In this document: positions 1 to 5,481 of the stretch, one piece after another | Layout of the letters: every line of letters starts with the position of its first letter | How positions within the stretch are numbered: position 1 is the first letter of the stretch | Assembly (NCBI GenBank): GCA_027031765.1 | Contig: JALVPN010000075.1 | Span: forward strand, 1 to 5,481 | Length of the DNA stretch: 5,481 nt | Reading direction: 5' to 3' | Source of the DNA: Promethearchaeota archaeon | GTDB lineage: Archaea > Asgardarchaeota > Thorarchaeia > Thorarchaeales > Thorarchaeaceae | Position numbers and translations under genes: made by a program | The notes under the pieces: generated by a model | Database searches by the model: none | Told to the model about the DNA's origin: nothing | Seen by the model: only the letters and a program-made list of their open reading frames with translations

Positions 1-2
1 TC

Positions 3-572
3 TACTACCTGGACCCAAAGGAGGTCCTGGCCCAGTACAGTGTAGAATGGGTGGCGCTCCGTCAGTCATACGCAGAGGTGAAGCAAAAGCTGCGGGAAGT
101 GCAGCAGAGGCTCAATGAGATTGATGTGCAACTGGCACGCGGCGAGATAGGCGAACAGGAACACATGCGCCTCTACCGGGAGTACTGGACGCAGTCCACA
201 CAGTTCGTGCAGGTCAAGAGGGAGATTGAACAGCGGCTCTCCGAAATCCAGAGGAAAATCAGGCGTGCGAACAGGCGGCTCCAGGAGCAGGAGGCCGAAC
301 AGCAGCGCAGACAGCGGATTGAACAGGAGAAGAAGAACGCAATGGTCGAGTGGATGTCGCTACGGCAGGGCTTCGACCTCGTCATGGCCAGACGACGCGA
401 GATAAATGAGGAGATGGACAGGATAGAGGTGCAGCATCGTACAGGCCAGATAAGTGACGAGGAGTACCGGCGCGCGCGTGTCAGACAGATTGGCCAGCTG
501 GCTGAACTGAGGACACTTGAAACCGATATCAAGAGGCGTCTTGCCGAGTTGCTTGAAACAATCAGGAAGTAG
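3..572 (+). CDS. CdvA-like tandem helical-hairpin/coiled-coil protein (5'-truncated by window edge)
   Basis: The frame is open from position 3 (YYLDPKEVLAQYSVEW precedes the GTG at 51), so the real start is upstream of the window. The product is E/Q/R-rich and helical, with two units each containing a G[EQ]I[GS]xxE[HY] turn (GEIGEQEH, GQISDEEY), as in CdvA-type coiled coils. It ends at TAG 570-572. The CDS is well supported; the family call is less certain. Confidence 0.7.
   Translation, partial: YYLDPKEVLAQYSVEWVALRQSYAEVKQKLREVQQRLNEIDVQLARGEIGEQEHMRLYREYWTQSTQFVQVKREIEQRLSEIQRKIRRANRRLQEQEAEQQRRQRIEQEKKNAMVEWMSLRQGFDLVMARRREINEEMDRIEVQHRTGQISDEEYRRARVRQIGQLAELRTLETDIKRRLAELLETIRK
42..566 (+). 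repeat. Protein-level internal duplication: two 74-aa units (42-263 and 345-566), period 303 nt
   Basis: Ungapped manual alignment of VEWVALRQSY...GEIGEQEH...EIEQRLSEIQRKIR with VEWMSLRQGF...GQISDEEY...DIKRRLAELLETIR gives 23/74 identities. Confidence 0.85.
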
Positions 573-629
573 GGACCTGCGGGACCCAATACCAGTGTGA
601 CTGTGGCCGACCCGACAGGCCAGATGGTA

Positions 630-667
630 GGGGGGAAAAAAGAGTGGGAGACCCCCATCTGGGGGTC
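630..667 (-). terminator. Probable gdhA terminator (hairpin plus oligo-T)
   Basis: Perfect 7-bp stem GACCCCC (650-656) / GGGGGTC (661-667) with a 4-nt loop, 17 nt after the gdhA stop. On the - strand it is followed by a pyrimidine run containing T6 (A6 at 636-641). It lies between two convergent genes. Confidence 0.6.
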
Positions 668-684
668 GTACTGTGAGATACTGA

Positions 685-2046
<1,362 letters not shown>

Positions 2047-2086
2047 GTGTTTTGGTTTTGGCAAGCGGCCCGCACCATGGCTCACT

Positions 2087-2094
2087 CATAAATG
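2087..2094 (-). promoter_or_regulatory. Candidate archaeal TATA box for gdhA
   Basis: The - strand reads CATTTATG, an AT-rich island about 55-60 nt upstream of the TTG. This would give a ~30-nt leader containing the RBS. Confidence 0.3.
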
Positions 2095-2191
2095 AATCGA
2101 TAGGGCATGTGTGAACACTGGGACAAGGAGGACATGCCAGTCGAGTGAGGTGTAGTGCCCCTGGTGGCAACAGGATGAGAGCTCCATCACT

Positions 2192-2199
2192 CATTAATA
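2192..2199 (+). promoter_or_regulatory. Candidate TATA box for the 2228 ORF (leaderless-type spacing)
   Basis: CATTAATA ends 28 nt before ATG 2228, the spacing expected for a leaderless or short-leader archaeal transcript. Confidence 0.4.
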
Positions 2200-2227
2200 G
2201 GGGCAGGTGAAACAGTAGTCGACCGAC

Positions 2228-2863
2228 ATGCCAGAGTTCAGACAGGAATGGGTGTCGCCAATCCTTGAGGTCTATCAGCAGGACGAGATTACTGGGACGT
2301 ACACGGTAGTCCTCGGCCTCAACCCCTTGGGGCAGGCCTTGTGCAGACGGCTGTATGACTGTCGACAGTTCGAGACCGTGCTGTTATACAACTCCCCTCA
2401 GTTCTCCACATGGAACAGGTACCCGGGCGGCCCAAGACCACCGGTGGTACCGGTCCATGGGATGGTCAGTGGCGACCTCATGATAGTGTTCGGCGACGTG
2501 ATGGTAAGCGACTACGAGTGGGCCACGGACCTGCTGTTCCACATCCACAAGAATGTCAACACACGCTCAGTCATCGCTGCAATGACCCATGATGGGCCCA
2601 CGTGTGGTCTTGCACTCACACCAGATGGCGGGAAACTGCTCGACAGGATGGGAGTCCCAGTGGGCATGCCCGACTTTTATGACGGACTGGTCGCCCCACT
2701 CATAAGCGTGGGTGGGGTCATCGGGCTGGACGTCGTGGCGCTCTTCATTGAGGCAACAGACGGGGGGACTGTGCTACTACAGACCGACTACACGACCGTC
2801 ACCGAGGAGGAGGTCGACGCGTTCGGTGAGATTCTTACCATGGGCCTCGGTATCAGGTTCTGA
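2228..2863 (+). CDS. Divergent PAC2-family (proteasome assembly chaperone, PbaA/B-like) protein
   Basis: 211 aa with host-like codon usage. The order of segments matches PAC2: N-terminal strand plus Gly (VVLGLNPLG), helix, SPQF...PPV, LMIVFGD, helix, VIAA, GLALT, DGLVAPLI, GLDVVALFIE, and a C-terminal helix ending GLGIRF. Similarity is judged by eye and is weak. Confidence 0.5.
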   Translation: MPEFRQEWVSPILEVYQQDEITGTYTVVLGLNPLGQALCRRLYDCRQFETVLLYNSPQFSTWNRYPGGPRPPVVPVHGMVSGDLMIVFGDVMVSDYEWATDLLFHIHKNVNTRSVIAAMTHDGPTCGLALTPDGGKLLDRMGVPVGMPDFYDGLVAPLISVGGVIGLDVVALFIEATDGGTVLLQTDYTTVTEEEVDAFGEILTMGLGIRF

Positions 2864-3623
2864 ACCTGTGCGTGTACCGGCCCCCTGCACCCTCGTCCGT
2901 GCTGTCGTCCCGGTCCAGGTCGGCCCGCCGTGTGTGGCCGTAACCGAGGCGGTCGAGCTCTGGTGGCTCGCCAGGGAGCAGGCAGTGTCCCGGCCCAGTC
3001 ATGCCAACCGAGGCATCGCACTCGGGGCACAGTAGACCACGCACATCCTTCAGGTCGACCAGCCTCTTGCAGGCAAGGCACGACCAGAGGCCTGCCTGGT
3101 AGAGCTTCGTCCTCCGTACCACAGACTTTGCCAGTGGGACGACCTCATCAGGACACGACTCTGCAACCCCCTCAATCCCACCTGTGGACCAGTCACAGAC
3201 CCCCGAGACGAGGGTGGTCATCAGTTCGATGACGCGTCGTACGCTGGACTCGATGTCCTCGGCAGTCGGGACTCCGGAGTGGTGTTCTGGCTGTGGGGTC
3301 TCGTCGAGGAGCTCCACGAACGCAAAGAACGCGGGGAGCGGGAGCTCGTCCCCACCGTCCCGCTCGAGCATACCTGCAAGGACAGCCGAGATTATCAGGG
3401 CCCGGGCATAGTTGCTGCGGAGAATCTCCTCGGCCTCGCGGACAAGGGCGGTGGGAGAGATTGTATACTTCTCAGGGTCGAGACCGTGTTCCAGTGCCAC
3501 CTCGCGGACGGAGGGTAGCAGGCCCATGCCACGCCCCATGCGGTCATTGACCGACCTGACAACCTCACTGTACGGGCATCCACAGTCCTCTGCCACCTGA
3601 CGCAGCAGGTCTCGTGCAGTCAC
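2853..3623 (-). CDS. Hypothetical mostly helical protein with C-terminal C4 zinc ribbon
   Basis: Long open frame (3665 at most) with host-like codon usage. The likely start is GTG 3623 (VTARDLLRQ) or TTG 3629/3635, because the extension to 3665 looks non-coding and sits just downstream of an AT-rich box at 3668-3675. It contains WSCLACKR...LLCPECD (CxxC-x14-CxxC) followed by an acidic, Pro/Gly-rich tail. Confidence 0.75.
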   Translation of the reverse strand: MTARDLLRQVAEDCGCPYSEVVRSVNDRMGRGMGLLPSVREVALEHGLDPEKYTISPTALVREAEEILRSNYARALIISAVLAGMLERDGGDELPLPAFFAFVELLDETPQPEHHSGVPTAEDIESSVRRVIELMTTLVSGVCDWSTGGIEGVAESCPDEVVPLAKSVVRRTKLYQAGLWSCLACKRLVDLKDVRGLLCPECDASVGMTGPGHCLLPGEPPELDRLGYGHTRRADLDRDDSTDEGAGGRYTHRFRT

Positions 3624-3768
3624 GGCCAATATCAAGACCCCTGATGCGTGACACGACGCAGCCACTGCATTTTAGGGTTGTCATAGGCTGGTGACGGCTG
3701 TCATGTAGGGCGTGGAGCACGACACATCCACAGACGCGAGCTCTGTTAGGGAACAGGACACATACTGC

Positions 3769-4738
3769 TCACAACGGGGGACGAATCCCGGTAGTTCTTG
3801 AGGAGATGTTGGGTTGAAAGTCCTTGACGGTAGCCTTCAGGAGATGACGCTCTGTCCTGAGCAGTCCCCATAGATTCTGTGCGAGCTGCAGGTCTATGCC
3901 TGCTCTCTCTGCTGGTGTCAGTCCACCTAGAGTCATATGAGGGCATGTGAAGCCCGCAGATTCTGAGACCTTCCAAGAGTCTTCTTGCTGTTCCATCATT
4001 GCCTAGACCGCTCATCACCTTATCTCGTCCCCTAACTGTTCCGTCAAGTTTCTTAACCATATTCGTTGTTCCTAGCTTTCCTCAGTCCAACCAGCGTTGC
4101 GTGTTGGGTTCTAGGGTTTCTTAGAGTGGAGAACTCATTCTTGAAGGCATCTTGGCAGGCTCTTAGACCACCTGTGATTACGAAGACCGGTAGGGTCTAG
4201 ACTATGGCTTCTACCCCCACGAATACCGCTCTAGTACCTTCACGTCTCGTTTCTCCCTTAGTCGACTTGCTAGTAGGAACCGTGTTTCATAGTCCATCAG
4301 ATTCTCATAGTCCATCAGATTCCAGAGCAATCTCCACTCCCTCCCCCCCCTCTACCTTGACCACCTTCTAGTCAGTATGCCATATACCTGAGGTCTGAGG
4401 ACTGAAGTAATCCACGTATTCCTTCGTGAGCTTGACGTGTTTTCTGACCCATTCCTTCATAGTCACATGGCTTGCCTACCCCATAGAACTGTATTAGACA
4501 ATCAACGGTCTATCTGTATGAAACTCCCTTGAGGTACGAGCCCATAACTAGGGCGATGATTCTACGCCTGTTCAATCTTCTCAAGACCCACGTTGCACAC
4601 AGACCTGTATCCACACAACTTGCATAGGAGCCTCTGAGTTTTGCCGCTCTTCTTCCTCCACCCGTCCTTGACTATCCTAGTCGAACAGCATGACGAACAC
4701 GCCTCTGGTATTCCTATGCACTGTACAGGCCTAGATTC
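3769..4738 (-). pseudogene. Decayed Zn-ribbon + HTH + DDE transposase (IS6/IS240-like, archaeal long form)
   Basis: Stitching - strand frames gives, in order: CSSCCSTRIVKDGWRKKSGKTQRLLCKLCGY (4699 downward); RIIALVMGSYLKGVSYR*; ASHVTMKEWVRKHVKLTKEYVDYFSPQTSGIWHTD*KVVKV; LLWNLMDYE(NLMDYE)TRFLLASRL; VITGGLRACQDAFKNEF; RKARNN; MVKKLDGTVRGRDKVM...LLEGLRI; PHMTLGGLTPAERAGIDL...W. About 6 frameshifts and TAG stops at 4510-4512, 4368-4370 and 4197-4199. Confidence 0.85.
4287..4322. repeat. Perfect 18-bp tandem duplication (TCATAGTCCATCAGATTC x2)
   Basis: The copies at 4287-4304 and 4305-4322 are identical. On the - strand they duplicate NLMDYE of the transposase in frame. Confidence 0.95.
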
Positions 4739-4926
4739 TGAGATGTGACAATCTGCTGGGGTGTAGGGAGAAGTCTACGGCATGAATGGGTCTACAGACG
4801 AAGCCTATAGGTTCATAGGAGCATGGATACTAAGAGAAGAACGAGATTGTAGAGGAGCTTATTAGAGAGTAGGTACGGAGTAAGAAGGCTGAACAGAGGC
4901 ATATACGGAAATAATGGTGGACTGCC

Positions 4927-5481
4927 ATGCCAAAGATTTACCTCGCAGACTGCTTTGAATGGATGAAAGGTCAGAAACCAAACCGGTTCACGGCAATAGT
5001 AACCGATCCACCATACAGTCTAGAAGAGTTTAGCAGGAAGAACCTAGAAAAAATGGAGCGGGGTAAAGGTGGCATATGGCGAATACCACCAAAGATTGGA
5101 GGATATGAAAGAGCACCTTTGCCTCGTTTCACGGTGTTCAAGGCCCACCATCATAAGGTCATGTTCAACTTCTTCAGAGAGTGGGCAGAACTGGCCTACA
5201 GACTTCTCATGCCGGGTGGGCATCTTGTCATAGCTTCCACGCCGATATTCCTCCCCACGGTTTCCTACGCCATAATAGACGCTGGATTTGAACCTAGAGG
5301 CATCCTTGTTAGACTTGTTCAAACATTGAGAGGCGGTTTCAGACCTAAGAATGCAGAGGAGGAGTTCAGAGATTTATGTACAATGCCACGGGCCCACTGG
5401 GAACCCTGGACACTATTTAGGAAGCCTATTGAAAAGAACCTGACCATCGCCGAGAACTTGAGGAAATGGAAGGTCGGGGCT
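4927..5481 (+). CDS. Beta-class N6-adenine/N4-cytosine DNA methyltransferase (N6_N4_Mtase-type), 3'-truncated by window edge
   Basis: ATG 4927 is the first start after in-frame TAA 4912-4914 and has GGTGG 6 nt upstream. 185 codons are open to the window end: MPKIYLADCFEWMK...AIVTDPPY...RLLMPGGHLVI...WEPWTLFRKP...ENLRKWKVGA. An N-terminal ADC/DPPY (motif IV) with motif I not yet reached indicates beta order. The ORF track lacks it, probably because there is no stop in the window. Confidence 0.92.
   Translation, partial: MPKIYLADCFEWMKGQKPNRFTAIVTDPPYSLEEFSRKNLEKMERGKGGIWRIPPKIGGYERAPLPRFTVFKAHHHKVMFNFFREWAELAYRLLMPGGHLVIASTPIFLPTVSYAIIDAGFEPRGILVRLVQTLRGGFRPKNAEEEFRDLCTMPRAHWEPWTLFRKPIEKNLTIAENLRKWKVGA

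Larger units (their letters stand above)
3740..5481. mobile_element. Lower-GC accessory island (transposase relic plus DNA methyltransferase), continuing past the right edge
   Basis: Spot GC counts: 41/60 at 3301-3360, 25/60 at 4021-4080 and 28/60 at 4981-5040. Codon usage switches to AGA/CTA/ATA-rich, and the gene content is typical of mobile or defence DNA. The left boundary is approximate. Confidence 0.65.

Noticed and set aside
2410-3600. Short alternate-frame ORFs over the PAC2-like and Zn-ribbon genes
   Set aside because: They are low-complexity Arg/Pro/Ser/Gly-rich translations fully overlapping better-supported CDSs.
3776-3790. GGGGGACGAATCCCG resembling a tRNA T-arm/att remnant, also a GGGA-TTCG-TCCC hairpin on the - strand
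   Set aside because: There is no TTCGA consensus on +, no acceptor stem or cloverleaf, and the stem is only 4 bp.
3746-4060. ORFs 3746-4060 and 3769-3999 as independent small proteins
   Set aside because: Each carries only one piece of the transposase C-terminus, and their remaining portions are out-of-frame read-through.
4287-4322. 18-bp direct repeat as a CRISPR remnant
   Set aside because: There are only two copies, directly adjacent with no spacer, inside the transposase reading frame.
4197-4512. All three internal transposase stops are TAG, suggesting amber recoding or pyrrolysine
   Set aside because: The same gene also has about 6 frameshifts, TAG arises by one substitution from GAG/AAG, and TAG terminates both the coiled-coil gene and gdhA.
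3739-4900. Possible IS6-type terminal inverted repeats: GCTCTGTT at ~3740-3747 and AACAGAGGC at ~4892-4900
   Set aside because: Only a 7-bp core (CTCTGTT) is shared, the flanks do not match, and no target duplication is evident.
5044-5322. Minus-strand 92-aa ORF
   Set aside because: It is antisense to the clearly identifiable methyltransferase and has no motifs.

Overview
The window has two compositionally distinct halves and looks archaeal (TTG/GTG starts, GGTGA-type RBS, TATA-like boxes; Asgard/Thorarchaeota is a guess). The GC-rich left half (1 to ~3740) holds four genes: the 3' part of a tandem-repeat coiled-coil protein resembling CdvA (+, runs off the left edge), a complete NADP-type glutamate dehydrogenase gdhA (-), a divergent PAC2/proteasome-chaperone-like gene (+), and a convergent hypothetical protein with a C-terminal CxxC-x14-CxxC zinc ribbon (-). 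The lower-GC right half (~3740-5481) is an accessory island largely missed by the ORF track. It contains a heavily decayed Zn-ribbon + DDE (IS6/IS240-like) transposase pseudogene on the - strand, with about 6 frameshifts, 3 internal stops and an 18-bp tandem duplication. It also contains a possible decayed small regulator and an intact-looking beta-class amino-DNA methyltransferase (DPPY) starting at 4927 and running off the right edge. All family assignments come from motif recognition by eye, not database searches.
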